This document shows positions 31,332-40,616 of a DNA stretch of 64,000 bases, piece after piece. The DNA comes from an uncultured Alphaproteobacteria bacterium (GTDB taxonomy: Bacteria; Pseudomonadota; Alphaproteobacteria; RF32; CAG-239), in contig CALXWA010000003.1 of NCBI GenBank assembly GCA_944392275.1, forward strand, positions 31,286 through 95,285, read 5' to 3'. A program made the position numbers and the translations under genes. The first letter of the stretch is position 1. Each line of letters begins with the position of its first letter. A model generated the notes under the pieces. That model searched no databases, was not told where the DNA came from, and saw only the letters and a program-made list of their open reading frames with translations.

Positions 31332-32996
31332 TTAGGCACTGAGTAAGACTTGAGCGGCGGCCCGAGCTTCTGAGCTGACTGTTTCGCCGGCTAACATGCG
31401 GGCAATTTCTTCGCGACGCTCTTCTTGACTCAATTCTTGTACCGTGGTGGTGGTTATATTCTCTTTTGTGCTTTTTTGGACTTTGAAATGCTGTGTGCCT
31501 TTGGCGGCAACTTGCGGTGAATGCGTAACAACCAAAACCTGAACCTTTTCGCCTAAGCGGGCTAGTCTTTCACCAACGGCTTGTGCCGTGGCTCCGCCAA
31601 TACCGGCGTCAACCTCATCAAAAATCATGGTCCCGACACCGGAACTTTCGGCTAAATTGACTTTTAAGGCAAGCATAAACCTTGAAAGCTCCCCACCGGA
31701 AGCAATTTTGTTTATCGGGCCTTGCGGAGAATTGGGGTTGGTGGATACCGTAAAACATACCTCGTCAAAACCCTTTTCACTCCAAGAATTTTCCCCTTGT
31801 TTGGTTATTTGGGTCTGGAATTTGGCCTTTTCCATCTTGAGCGGCGGTAACTCTTGCATAATTAATGAATCTAAGCGGGAGGCGGTTTGTTGCCGCAGCT
31901 GATGCAATTGATTGGCCGTTTCAAGATAAATTTGTCTTTTTTCTTGTTCTTTTTGGCGGAGGGCCTTGATTCCGTCCTCGCCTAATTCAATGGTATTTAA
32001 TTTTTGTTTGAAATCAAGCAAGGTGGCGGGCAAATCATCCGGTAAAACACCATGTTTACGTGCCAAATCTTTGAGAGCAAACAATCTGCCGTCTATCTTT
32101 TCTTGTTCATTGCTGTCTAGGGAAACTTCCGAGGAGGCCGTTTCTAATTGATCTATGGCATCTGATGCTTCAATCAAGGCCCGGTCTAATGTTTGGTACA
32201 GCTCATCGAAACGGCCGTTAACATATCCATTGGCTCTGTCTACTGCCGCTTGTGCCTGTCTTAAGGCCGATGTAATATCCTTTCCTTGCGTGAGGGCCGC
32301 ATACGCATGATCTAGGCTTTCAATAATTTTTTCCGCATTCATCAGCTCATGACGACGGCGGCTTAGCTCTTCCTCCTCGCCTTTTTGCGGGTTGATTTGC
32401 TCTAATTCTTTGACCCAGTGACGAAGATTTTCCTCTTCATCTTTGGCACGACGGATGTTCTCTTCTGCCTCCTGACGGGCGTTAATTGCCGCTTTATATT
32501 CCCGATAAGCCGACTTGACCGCACAAAGTGCTTGCTCATAATTGCCGTAAGCATCCAAAATATCCAGATGATTGGCCGGGTTTAACAAACCTTGGTTGTC
32601 AAACTGACCATGAATTTCAACTAAGTATTTGCCAATTTCTTTTAATAATTTGGCACTGATAAGTTGATCATTGAAAAAGATTTTGCCTTTTCCATCGCGG
32701 GATAAAACTCGCTTTATGATAATTTCGTCCCCACTTTCCAATTCGTTTTCCGCCAACAGTTCTTGCAACGGCTTATTGCCCTTTGGGGAATCAAAAATCG
32801 CGGTGACCGCTAATTTTTCCTCCCCTTGACGGATTAAAGATGTTTCGGCTCTCTTTCCTGTTACCAACCCAAGAGAATCTAGTAAAATTGATTTTCCGGC
32901 TCCTGTTTCTCCGGTCAAAACACTAAAGCCGGGATTAAAATCTAAATCCAGACGGTTGATTAAGACCACGTTTTGAATGGAAAGAGATAAAAGCAT
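31332..32996 (-). CDS. recN: DNA repair protein RecN
   Basis: N-terminal Walker A (GETGAGKS). Long coiled-coil. C-terminal SMC signature region. 554 aa. Confidence 0.9.
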   Translation of the reverse strand: MLLSLSIQNVVLINRLDLDFNPGFSVLTGETGAGKSILLDSLGLVTGKRAETSLIRQGEEKLAVTAIFDSPKGNKPLQELLAENELESGDEIIIKRVLSRDGKGKIFFNDQLISAKLLKEIGKYLVEIHGQFDNQGLLNPANHLDILDAYGNYEQALCAVKSAYREYKAAINARQEAEENIRRAKDEEENLRHWVKELEQINPQKGEEEELSRRRHELMNAEKIIESLDHAYAALTQGKDITSALRQAQAAVDRANGYVNGRFDELYQTLDRALIEASDAIDQLETASSEVSLDSNEQEKIDGRLFALKDLARKHGVLPDDLPATLLDFKQKLNTIELGEDGIKALRQKEQEKRQIYLETANQLHQLRQQTASRLDSLIMQELPPLKMEKAKFQTQITKQGENSWSEKGFDEVCFTVSTNPNSPQGPINKIASGGELSRFMLALKVNLAESSGVGTMIFDEVDAGIGGATAQAVGERLARLGEKVQVLVVTHSPQVAAKGTQHFKVQKSTKENITTTTVQELSQEERREEIARMLAGETVSSEARAAAQVLLSA

Positions 32997-32999
32997 TGC

Positions 33000-33755
33000 T
33001 TATTTCTTCTCCGTCGGAAGCAATTTGGCGGCGTATGCGGTCCACTTGCTGTCCGGATAGTTGTGTGCCAATACCTTTTTTGCATCCTGAGCTTCTTTTG
33101 TGAGACCAAGTATTGTATAGACCTCAACTTGGCGGTAAAGTGCCTCCTCAATATAAGATGTGGTTTGGTAGTGGTTAACAACTTCTGAAAAACGATTTAA
33201 CGCCGACAAATAATTCTTTTGTTGTAAATAGTAACGACCAATTTCCATCTCTTGTCCGGCCAGATGATCATCTACCAAATCTAATTTCAAACGAGCATCC
33301 GTTGCATATTCCGTATCCGGAAAACGAATGATAACTTGACGAAACGCCTCTAAACATTTTTGAGTGTTTTCTTGGTCTTTTTCAACACCGGCAATTTGCT
33401 CATAATAACACAACCCCTTCATGTAGTAAGCATAAGCAATATCTTTGTTGCCGGGATGGTATTTAATGAAGCGATCCAAGCTTAAAATGGCATCGTCATA
33501 TTTTTGGTCTTTGTAGTATGCATAGGCTCCCATTAGCTTTGCTTTGGTTGCCCATTTGGAATAAGGATGCTCCAACTCAACTTTTTCAAAAGTCTCGGCG
33601 GCTCTTTGGTAAGATGTTTTTTCAAGATAATTATAAGCTTTATTGTAAAGCTCTTCGGCACTGAGTTTACTGTCTTCATCCTTGGAGGTGGATGCGCATG
33701 CAGACAAAAACCCCATACCAATCAGACACAAAAACAAAAGCGTATATTTTTTCAT
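33000..33755 (-). CDS. bamD: Outer-membrane protein assembly factor BamD (TPR lipoprotein)
   Basis: Lipobox LSAC. TPR repeats. Conserved lpxC-bamD-recN arrangement. Confidence 0.8.
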   Translation of the reverse strand: MKKYTLLFLCLIGMGFLSACASTSKDEDSKLSAEELYNKAYNYLEKTSYQRAAETFEKVELEHPYSKWATKAKLMGAYAYYKDQKYDDAILSLDRFIKYHPGNKDIAYAYYMKGLCYYEQIAGVEKDQENTQKCLEAFRQVIIRFPDTEYATDARLKLDLVDDHLAGQEMEIGRYYLQQKNYLSALNRFSEVVNHYQTTSYIEEALYRQVEVYTILGLTKEAQDAKKVLAHNYPDSKWTAYAAKLLPTEKK

Positions 33756-33764
33756 CTTTTTTCC

Positions 33765-34613
33765 TTATCTAATTTCATAATTTGAAGCATCGGCAAACAA
33801 AGCCCTTAACACCATGTTGTTGTGGTAATGTCCGGTTTTGGATGCCACAACCCGTCCGATTATCGGATAACCGGAAGTATACATATCTCCGATGGTGTCA
33901 ATAACCTTGTGATTGACACATTCGTTTGCCACACGAAAGCCCCCTTCATTCAAGATTTGCTCTCCATCTAAAACAACGGCATTTTCAAGGCTGCCGCCTT
34001 TTATCAGACCAATTGATTTCAGGTAGTCGACCTGATACTTTTCACAAAAAGTACGACAAGGAGCAATCTCTTTGGCAAAAATATCTGCCGTGACTTTACC
34101 CGAAAAATTTTGACGGCCAACAATCTTTGACGGAAACTCAATTGTAAAATCTATCGCAAAATCATCCGCCGGATAAAGATCAATCTGATTGCCTTTATCA
34201 TCCTTGAAAGTTACTTGTTTTTTTATCTTTAAAACCCTTCTTGGTGCCTTTTGCTCTTTAACTCCCGTTTGTTGCAGCAATTTCAAAAACGGATAAGCCG
34301 AGCCATCCATAATCGGCATTTCTTGATTGTTTATCTCGATCAAAAGATTATCGATTTCCATTACCGATAAAGCGGCCATCAAATGCTCTATCGTGGCAAC
34401 AACATTACCTTTGGCATCGGCAATGCAGGTGCAGTTTCTGGTATCTGCCACTTGGCTATAGAGTGCTTTTATCTCCGGTTGAGACGGAATATCCGTTCTT
34501 TTAAAAACGATTCCGAAGTTTTCGGGAGCCTGCTTTAATCTCAAGGTGGTTTCACACCCTGAATGCAACCCTATCCCTTTAATTTCCGTTTCTTTGGCAA
34601 TGGTATGCTGCAT
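33765..34613 (-). CDS. lpxC: UDP-3-O-acyl-N-acetylglucosamine deacetylase
   Basis: N-terminal ...IKGIGLHSGCETTL and the HKVIDTIGD zinc/substrate motifs. ATG at 34613 with an AAGGAG RBS. The ORF-track start at 34619 is a TTG two codons upstream. Confidence 0.9.
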   Translation of the reverse strand: MQHTIAKETEIKGIGLHSGCETTLRLKQAPENFGIVFKRTDIPSQPEIKALYSQVADTRNCTCIADAKGNVVATIEHLMAALSVMEIDNLLIEINNQEMPIMDGSAYPFLKLLQQTGVKEQKAPRRVLKIKKQVTFKDDKGNQIDLYPADDFAIDFTIEFPSKIVGRQNFSGKVTADIFAKEIAPCRTFCEKYQVDYLKSIGLIKGGSLENAVVLDGEQILNEGGFRVANECVNHKVIDTIGDMYTSGYPIIGRVVASKTGHYHNNMVLRALFADASNYEIR

Positions 34614-34637
34614 GCTCAATTTGCTCCTTAAATAAAA

Positions 34638-35032
34638 CTAAAAAGGCAGTCTATAAGCCGGGTTCTGTCCCCTAAAAAGGGGGATAGCTATTCATCTTGG
34701 CCTTCCATTGCTGAAAGGCTCATCGCGACCTACCTCTGGAGAGGGGAGAGAACGCCCCATCTATTCCGTTTGCGTAAACGCACGTGAAAACCCCTAACTT
34801 GGTCTTGCTTCAAACAGGGTTTACCTTGCCGAGATTGTTACCAACCTCGCGGTGAGCTCTTACCTCGCCTTTTCAGCCTTACCGGAAATGGTTTCCGGCG
34901 GTATTTTTCTGTGGCACTTTCCCTTGGATTGCTCCAGCCAGACGTTATCTGGTGTTTTGTCCTCTTGAAGCCCGGACTTTCCTCACAAACGGATTTTCCT
35001 TTCCGCCGTGCAGCTATCCGACCGCCTTTATG
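34638..35032 (-). ncRNA. rnpB: RNase P RNA (type A), about 395 nt
   Basis: ORF-free, locally GC-rich stretch. On the minus strand it carries GAGGAAAGUCCGGGCUUC (P4 5' strand) and ACAGAACCCGGCUUAUA (P4 3' strand). The 5' and 3' ends pair as P1 (AAAGGCGGUC / GACUGCCUUU). Confidence 0.8.
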
Positions 35033-35314
35033 GGGGTTAGAATAATCAGTTTACCGAATTATTGCAAGTGCTTTATGGCTTTCGTAAAGAGTTTTTCTTT
35101 TGTGGTTTTGGCGGCTTAAAAATCTTGTTAAAAATTATCCCCATTTTTTATTTTTTTCTTTTCTAAGAGCCAGAGCGGGCAAGGAGCGAATCCTTTTATT
35201 TTTTTATAGAACAAAACAAGAACAGTTAATAATTTACTAAATTTTCCCATTGATTCCCATAAAATCCCATGTTATACCATATTTATTGACGGATGATGCA
35301 AAGGAACCCAAAAG

Positions 35315-35782
35315 TTGCGTAAAACTTTTTTGTTTATGGATACGGTTATTAATAAGGTAGACGCCAAAGGTCGCGTTTCCCTTCCGTCAGATTACCGTGC
35401 AATTGTTAAAGAAACGTCAAGCGAAATTGTTTGTTACCGCAGCCTTACCTCCCCTTGCATTGAAGGATGTTTGGAAGATTTGTTGGATAAGCTTGCCAGT
35501 GATATGGAAAATTCTTTGGACTTTTTCTCCCAAGAGCAAGATGATTTAACCAATCTGGTTTTTGGAGATGCCAAAAGATATCCTTTTGATTCTACCGGAA
35601 GAATTATGCTTTCGGATAAATTATTAAAGCATGCGGGCATTACCGATTCTGCTGTTTTTGTCGGCAAAGGGCGGAAATTTCAGATTTGGAACCCTCAAAA
35701 CTGGGAAAAAGAAGAAGCCCGCATCCGTTCTGAGGTTTTGAAAAAACGCCCCTCCTTAAAAAATAATCGGGAGGGCGAATAA
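35315..35782 (+). CDS. mraZ: Transcriptional regulator MraZ
   Basis: VDAKGRVSLP and a second GRIML MraZ repeat. TTG start with an AAGGAA RBS (an alternative ATG lies at 35336). First gene of the dcw cluster. Confidence 0.8.
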   Translation: MRKTFLFMDTVINKVDAKGRVSLPSDYRAIVKETSSEIVCYRSLTSPCIEGCLEDLLDKLASDMENSLDFFSQEQDDLTNLVFGDAKRYPFDSTGRIMLSDKLLKHAGITDSAVFVGKGRKFQIWNPQNWEKEEARIRSEVLKKRPSLKNNREGE

Positions 35783-36702
35783 TGAACCCAAATTATAAAA
35801 AACATTTTCCGGTAATGCTCCCCGAAGTGCTGAAAGCCTTAAACCCGCAAAAAGGAAAGCTTTATGTGGATGCTACCTTTGGCAACGGTGGTTACAGCGA
35901 AGCTCTTTTGCAAGCAGCCGACTGCCGCTTGATTGCTTTGGACCGTGATCCGAGTGTCCGCCAAAGGGCTGAAGAACTTTCTTCTCTTTACGGAGAGCGT
36001 TTTGAGTTTCGGGCCGGATGTTTTGGAAATTTTGCAATCTTAGTTCCCGAAGAGATTGATGGAGCCGTTTTTGATATCGGGGTCTCTTCCATGCAGTTAG
36101 ATGAGGCTTCTCGCGGATTTTCTTTTAGTAAAGATGCCCCTTTGGATATGAGAATGTCCCAAAGCGGTGTTTCTGCGGCGGATCTTGTTAATACCCTTAA
36201 AGAAGAAGAACTGGCTGACTTAATCTACCAATACGGAGAGGAAAGGAAGTCGCGTGCCATTGCCCGTAAAATTATTGAGGCTCGCAAGCTTTCTCCCATT
36301 CAAACAACCAAAGAACTGGCTCAGCTCATTTATTCCGTTATTCGGCCGACACAAAATACCATTGACCCGGCAACACGCACCTTTCAAGCTTTGCGGATCG
36401 CCGTTAATCATGAATTGGACGAGTTGAAAAACGGACTGGAAGGGGCGACAAAACGCCTCAAAACCAATGGACGGTTGGTTGTGGTCGATTTTCATTCCCT
36501 TGAAGATCGTATCGTCAAAAATTATTTTAAAGAAAAATCCGGTAAGACGGCTCATGTTTCCCGTTATTTACCGCAAAATCAACAAAACTTAACTCCCGCT
36601 GTTTTTGGAGAATGTTCTAAAGTGATTTTACCCTCTGCAGAAGAAGTGGTGCAAAATCCTCGTTCTCGTTCGGCAAAAATGCGGTTTGGTATTAAACAAT
36701 AA
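35782..36702 (+). CDS. rsmH: 16S rRNA (cytosine1402-N4)-methyltransferase RsmH/MraW
   Basis: YVDATFGNGGYS SAM motif. Follows mraZ. Confidence 0.9.
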   Translation: MNPNYKKHFPVMLPEVLKALNPQKGKLYVDATFGNGGYSEALLQAADCRLIALDRDPSVRQRAEELSSLYGERFEFRAGCFGNFAILVPEEIDGAVFDIGVSSMQLDEASRGFSFSKDAPLDMRMSQSGVSAADLVNTLKEEELADLIYQYGEERKSRAIARKIIEARKLSPIQTTKELAQLIYSVIRPTQNTIDPATRTFQALRIAVNHELDELKNGLEGATKRLKTNGRLVVVDFHSLEDRIVKNYFKEKSGKTAHVSRYLPQNQQNLTPAVFGECSKVILPSAEEVVQNPRSRSAKMRFGIKQ

Positions 36703-36731
36703 AATCGAAGTCTAGGAAAGGGTTCGAAAAA

Positions 36732-37115
36732 ATGAATAGCACAAAAATTGCGACGGCTTCTCTAAGCATCAGTTTGATTTTTCTTTTGGCTTTCAGCTCA
36801 TTGATTATGAAAAACAAGGTGCAAGAACTCGAAAAAGAATTGAACGCGATTAATCGTGACATTCAAGAAGACATTAAAAGTATCCATGTCTTAAAGGCCG
36901 AATGGAGCCATTTAAACAATCCTTCTCGCCTGAGAAAACTGGCCAGCAAACATATTTCTCTAAATCAGATCCAAGCTGAACAAATTATTAACTATTCTGC
37001 GTTACCATTTCAATATGAAAATGGCGAATCGAGAAAAATTGCCGCCAGAAAAAACATATCAAAATACGCTGAGCAAAATAAGGAATTAAAACGCCTGACA
37101 AGTGCTCATCGATAA
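36732..37115 (+). CDS. ftsL: Cell division protein FtsL-like (single TM plus coiled-coil)
   Basis: The position between rsmH and ftsI, an N-terminal TM helix and a coiled-coil segment fit alphaproteobacterial FtsL. Confidence 0.55.
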   Translation: MNSTKIATASLSISLIFLLAFSSLIMKNKVQELEKELNAINRDIQEDIKSIHVLKAEWSHLNNPSRLRKLASKHISLNQIQAEQIINYSALPFQYENGESRKIAARKNISKYAEQNKELKRLTSAHR

Positions 37116-37146
37116 TCAGAATTTTTGAAATAGGCAGAAGCGAATT

Positions 37147-38961
37147 ATGTTTGGAAAATATTTTTCCGGAAAAGGAAAGGAAGATTTTTACCTACCCGGA
37201 GAAGAAATTAAAATTGATAAAAGCTCTTCTTTCGGGAATTTTTCTTATGGTTCCGACCCTCTGCTGACTTGTAAGAATCGTCTTATCTTTTCGATTGCTT
37301 GTTTTGCTTTTGCTTATCTGATAATTGCCGTACGGCTTTTTGATGTTTGTGTTCTTCCCAATCTTAATCATGTCGAAAAAACAGATAACGAACTCTCTAT
37401 TTATACACGCAATCGTATCAAAAGAGCCGATATTGTTGACCGCAACGGGACAATTATTGCAACCTCTTTGCCCACCGTTAATCTCTATGCTAATCCAAAA
37501 AAAGTCTTAAATGCCAAAAAAGCAGCTCAAGAATTAGCTACCGTCTTAACCGATATGGATGTGGACGATCTCTACCAAAAGCTTACTCATAAAGGAAATT
37601 TTGTATACTTAAAACGCAACCTTACTCCATCGCAACAATATCAGATTAACTATCTCGGAATTCCCGGATTGGAGTTTGAAAACGGTGAAAAACGCGTCTA
37701 TCCTCACAAAAATCTTTTTGCCCATATTGTCGGGATGACTAATATTGATAATGTCGGGGTTTCCGGTATTGAAAAAGAATTGGATGAACGTCTAACGCAA
37801 TCCGATATTCCCTTGGTTTTATCTATTGATGCCGGAGTTCAAGACACTATTCGGGTTTTGCTTAAAGAGGGAATGGAAAAGTTTAAAGCGATTGGGGCGA
37901 CAGCTACTCTTATTGATGTTAATACCTCTGAAATTATTGCTATGGTTTCTTTGCCTGATTTTGACCCGAACGGAAAAATTGAACATCAAAGCGATCTTTT
38001 TAATATGGCAACCAAAGGAGTTTATGAACCTGGCTCTGTGTTGAAAATTTTTAATACGGCAATGTCTTTAGAAAGTGGAAAAGTAAAAGTATCGGATCGT
38101 TTTGATGCTACCGAACCGCTCCGCTTAAAAAGAAACGTTATTAAAGATTATCGTGGTGAAAATCGTTGGTTGTCTATTCCTGAAATTTTAATTTATTCTT
38201 CCAATATCGGCTCGGCCCGCATGGCTCTTAAAGTTGGCGGAAATGAACAAAGAAGCTTTTTGGAAAAATTAAACTTTTTTGATAAACTCAATATTGAGGT
38301 CGCTGAAAAAGGAAAGCCCATTGTCCCCAGACGTTGGGGCGAAGAAACGATTGCCACGGTCGCTTTTGGTTATGGTTTAGCCGTCTCTCCTTTACATGTC
38401 GTTTCCGGATATGCGGCTATGATAAATGGCGGGGTTTACCATGACCCTACCCTGATTAAGGATAGTGCCAAAATTAAAAACGGGCATCGGGTTATTTCTT
38501 ATAATACTTCAAAATCTATGCGAAAGCTTATGCGTTTGGTCGTAACCGACGGCTCTGGTAAAAGAGCAAACATTCCCGGTTATGAAGTAGCCGGCAAAAC
38601 CGGTACCGCCAATAAACTTTCCGAAAACGGAAAATATGTTGATAAAAAAGTGCGTACAACATTTGTATCGGCTTTTCCGATTTCTAATCCTAAATATGCC
38701 TTGATTGTTATGTTGGATGAGCCTAAACCCCTTAAAGAAACTTTTGGATTTGTTACTTCCGGTTGGAATACGGTTCCGACGGCGGCCAAAATTATCACGG
38801 CAATTGCTCCACAGCTCAATGTAAAAGCCAATTATGATATTGATGAATTACGCCGTAATCGTATTATTGAAGCCTCTTATACCCGTACGACGGGGGCGGC
38901 TCGTACGACGGGGGCGACCCGTGCGACGGGGGCGACCCGTGCGACGGGGGCGAAAAACTAA
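37147..38961 (+). CDS. ftsI: Peptidoglycan D,D-transpeptidase FtsI (PBP3)
   Basis: N-terminal TM anchor. Dimerisation domain. Transpeptidase motifs STIK-like (SVLK), SSN (YSSNIG) and KTG (AGKTGTA). The C-terminal tail carries hexapeptide repeats. Confidence 0.85.
   Translation: MFGKYFSGKGKEDFYLPGEEIKIDKSSSFGNFSYGSDPLLTCKNRLIFSIACFAFAYLIIAVRLFDVCVLPNLNHVEKTDNELSIYTRNRIKRADIVDRNGTIIATSLPTVNLYANPKKVLNAKKAAQELATVLTDMDVDDLYQKLTHKGNFVYLKRNLTPSQQYQINYLGIPGLEFENGEKRVYPHKNLFAHIVGMTNIDNVGVSGIEKELDERLTQSDIPLVLSIDAGVQDTIRVLLKEGMEKFKAIGATATLIDVNTSEIIAMVSLPDFDPNGKIEHQSDLFNMATKGVYEPGSVLKIFNTAMSLESGKVKVSDRFDATEPLRLKRNVIKDYRGENRWLSIPEILIYSSNIGSARMALKVGGNEQRSFLEKLNFFDKLNIEVAEKGKPIVPRRWGEETIATVAFGYGLAVSPLHVVSGYAAMINGGVYHDPTLIKDSAKIKNGHRVISYNTSKSMRKLMRLVVTDGSGKRANIPGYEVAGKTGTANKLSENGKYVDKKVRTTFVSAFPISNPKYALIVMLDEPKPLKETFGFVTSGWNTVPTAAKIITAIAPQLNVKANYDIDELRRNRIIEASYTRTTGAARTTGATRATGATRATGAKN
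38887..38955 (+). repeat. 18-nt GC-rich tandem repeat (about 3.8 copies of ACGACGGGGGCGACCCGT) in frame at the 3' end of ftsI
   Basis: Direct reading: acgacgggggcggctcgt / acgacgggggcgacccgt / gcgacgggggcgacccgt / gcgacgggggcgaaa. It encodes TTGAAR-TTGATR-ATGATR-ATGAK. Confidence 0.85.
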
Positions 38962-39060
38962 GCGGCTAATCAACTGCGTTACTCTGTTTTTATTTTCCTT
39001 TAGGTTCGGATTTTTATCTATCTCTTTTCAGAAAAGAAAAATTGCATAAACAACGTCATA

Positions 39061-39100
39061 AAAAAAGCCCTTCTTTGCGAAGGGCTTTTCTTTTATTTTT
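39061..39100. terminator. Bidirectional terminator. It ends the mraZ-ftsI transcript on the plus strand and the DUF1013 gene on the minus strand.
   Basis: Hairpin agcccttctttgcgaagggct flanked by A7 and T-rich runs. Confidence 0.65.
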
Positions 39101-39620
39101 TACCTTTTTTGGCAACAATTAAAGCTTTTTCAATATCAATTTCACTACACAAGCCGACTGTTACAGGATTCTTGGGACGAATCGTGGCACTATCTTTGTG
39201 TGTTCCGTTACGGATGGCTTCAATTGTGGGTTTGGTTGTTCCGATTAATTTACAAATTTGGCTATCTTTCAAATCCGGATAATTTTTAATTATCCATAAA
39301 ATTCCGCTTGGCTTGTCTTGTCTTTGAGACGGAGATAAAACTTTTTTAGCTTTTGCATTACGAGCTTTAACATTTCTTTCCATCTCATTTGCCTGAAGAT
39401 TTGCCGAAGCATCTGCCTCGCAACGGCGAATCTCCTCTAGACTGAGTTGTCCGTTATCTATCGGAGAAAGCCCACGGATATTGCCGGAGACATCACCATC
39501 GGCTATCGCTTGAATTTCCAACTCGTGAAGCTCACAAAATTCTGCAATCTGACGAAAGGTCAGTGTTGTATTTTCGACCAACCATACTGCCGTTGCTCTT
39601 GGCATTAAAGGTGCTGTCAT
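39093..39620 (-). CDS. DUF1013-like conserved alphaproteobacterial protein
   Basis: N-terminus MTAPLMPRATAVWLVENTTLTFRQIAEFCELHELEIQAIADGDV resembles the conserved DUF1013 family. This is recalled from memory, not searched. Confidence 0.45.
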   Translation of the reverse strand: MTAPLMPRATAVWLVENTTLTFRQIAEFCELHELEIQAIADGDVSGNIRGLSPIDNGQLSLEEIRRCEADASANLQANEMERNVKARNAKAKKVLSPSQRQDKPSGILWIIKNYPDLKDSQICKLIGTTKPTIEAIRNGTHKDSATIRPKNPVTVGLCSEIDIEKALIVAKKGKK

Positions 39621-39708
39621 TCGTAAAATCCTTTCTTTATTATCTTTATATAAAACAAAAAAACTATCCCTAAGATAGTTTTTTTGAAATTAATATACAA
39701 GCATTTTT

Positions 39709-40560
39709 TTAAGCTTTTGAATTTTTACTATAAATGTTAGCCATATTTTGGTAACCTGCACTCAACATACTTGCAGCCCCTTGATCGGCCGAGGCCATGA
39801 TTTGCAAAGCACTCGATGCCGAGAGAATCGATGTTCCATAGGCTGATGTTGTGCTTTCTGACGGGGTTTTGGATGTTGTTTCATTTTTGGTATCTTCTGA
39901 TTTTTGCTCAATGGCAATATAGTCATGCTTAAAGCTTGTTCCCATCATTAATTGAACAGCATATTGAACTTTATCTTTATCCGTTACCGTGTCATTGCGG
40001 CTGACCTTAATATAATATTCTCCGGCAGCGGCTGCATATTCCCCGCTCATCATTTGTTCTAGAGCTTGATATTCTTTACTGTCTTTGTCTGCCGTACTGT
40101 CAGCTATCAAAACCTCTCGACCGTATTTATCCATGGTATAAACTTGGATATTTAGCTCCGGTGCTTTATCTTCCAAAAGGCCTTTTTCAGCTTCCGCTTT
40201 CTGTTTTTCTTCTAATTCGGCATAATATTCATCCGGATTAAACTCTTTTTTCAGTTCATCAATATAGGCTTGATAGGCGGATAAATCTAATACCGTATCA
40301 TCTCCGCCACCGGATTGAATACTTAAGCTCAACTTTCCTCGGTTTGAATCAACCGTTGTTTTATAAATGTCAAAACTATCATTATTTGAGAGCTCGCCAA
40401 CCGCCGTAATACGAGAATAATTCAATCGTGTATGACCAAGATCTCTTGCATTGGCAAAGGTCTCGTCAATGTCATTGACGTCAGTAACATTCTTCTCCCA
40501 CGACTTTGCTGTGGAAGTACCAATCACGCTGCTTTTTAAGCTATCAATCGTTGTTGACAT
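39709..40560 (-). CDS. Hypothetical protein, 283 aa, with a Ser/Thr/Ala-rich C-terminus
   Basis: ORF only. No signal peptide. No recognised motif. Confidence 0.35.
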   Translation of the reverse strand: MSTTIDSLKSSVIGTSTAKSWEKNVTDVNDIDETFANARDLGHTRLNYSRITAVGELSNNDSFDIYKTTVDSNRGKLSLSIQSGGGDDTVLDLSAYQAYIDELKKEFNPDEYYAELEEKQKAEAEKGLLEDKAPELNIQVYTMDKYGREVLIADSTADKDSKEYQALEQMMSGEYAAAAGEYYIKVSRNDTVTDKDKVQYAVQLMMGTSFKHDYIAIEQKSEDTKNETTSKTPSESTTSAYGTSILSASSALQIMASADQGAASMLSAGYQNMANIYSKNSKA

Positions 40561-40616
40561 GGCTAACCCCTCCCTCTTATTTGTTTAGTATATCATAACC
40601 TTCGTGCAAACACAAG

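Noticed and set aside
34620-35314. Long ORF-free, relatively GC-rich stretch that could be mistaken for a pseudogene remnant or prophage scar
   Set aside because: RNase P RNA (rnpB) with conserved P4 and P1 elements explains it. The remainder is the divergent mraZ promoter region.
38834-39049. Plus-strand ORF (71 aa) encoding an Arg-rich repeat (RRGRLVRRGRPVRRGRPVRRGRK)
   Set aside because: It reads the ftsI 18-nt tandem repeat in another frame and overlaps the ftsI 3' end and the terminator. It is an artefact of the repeat, not a gene.
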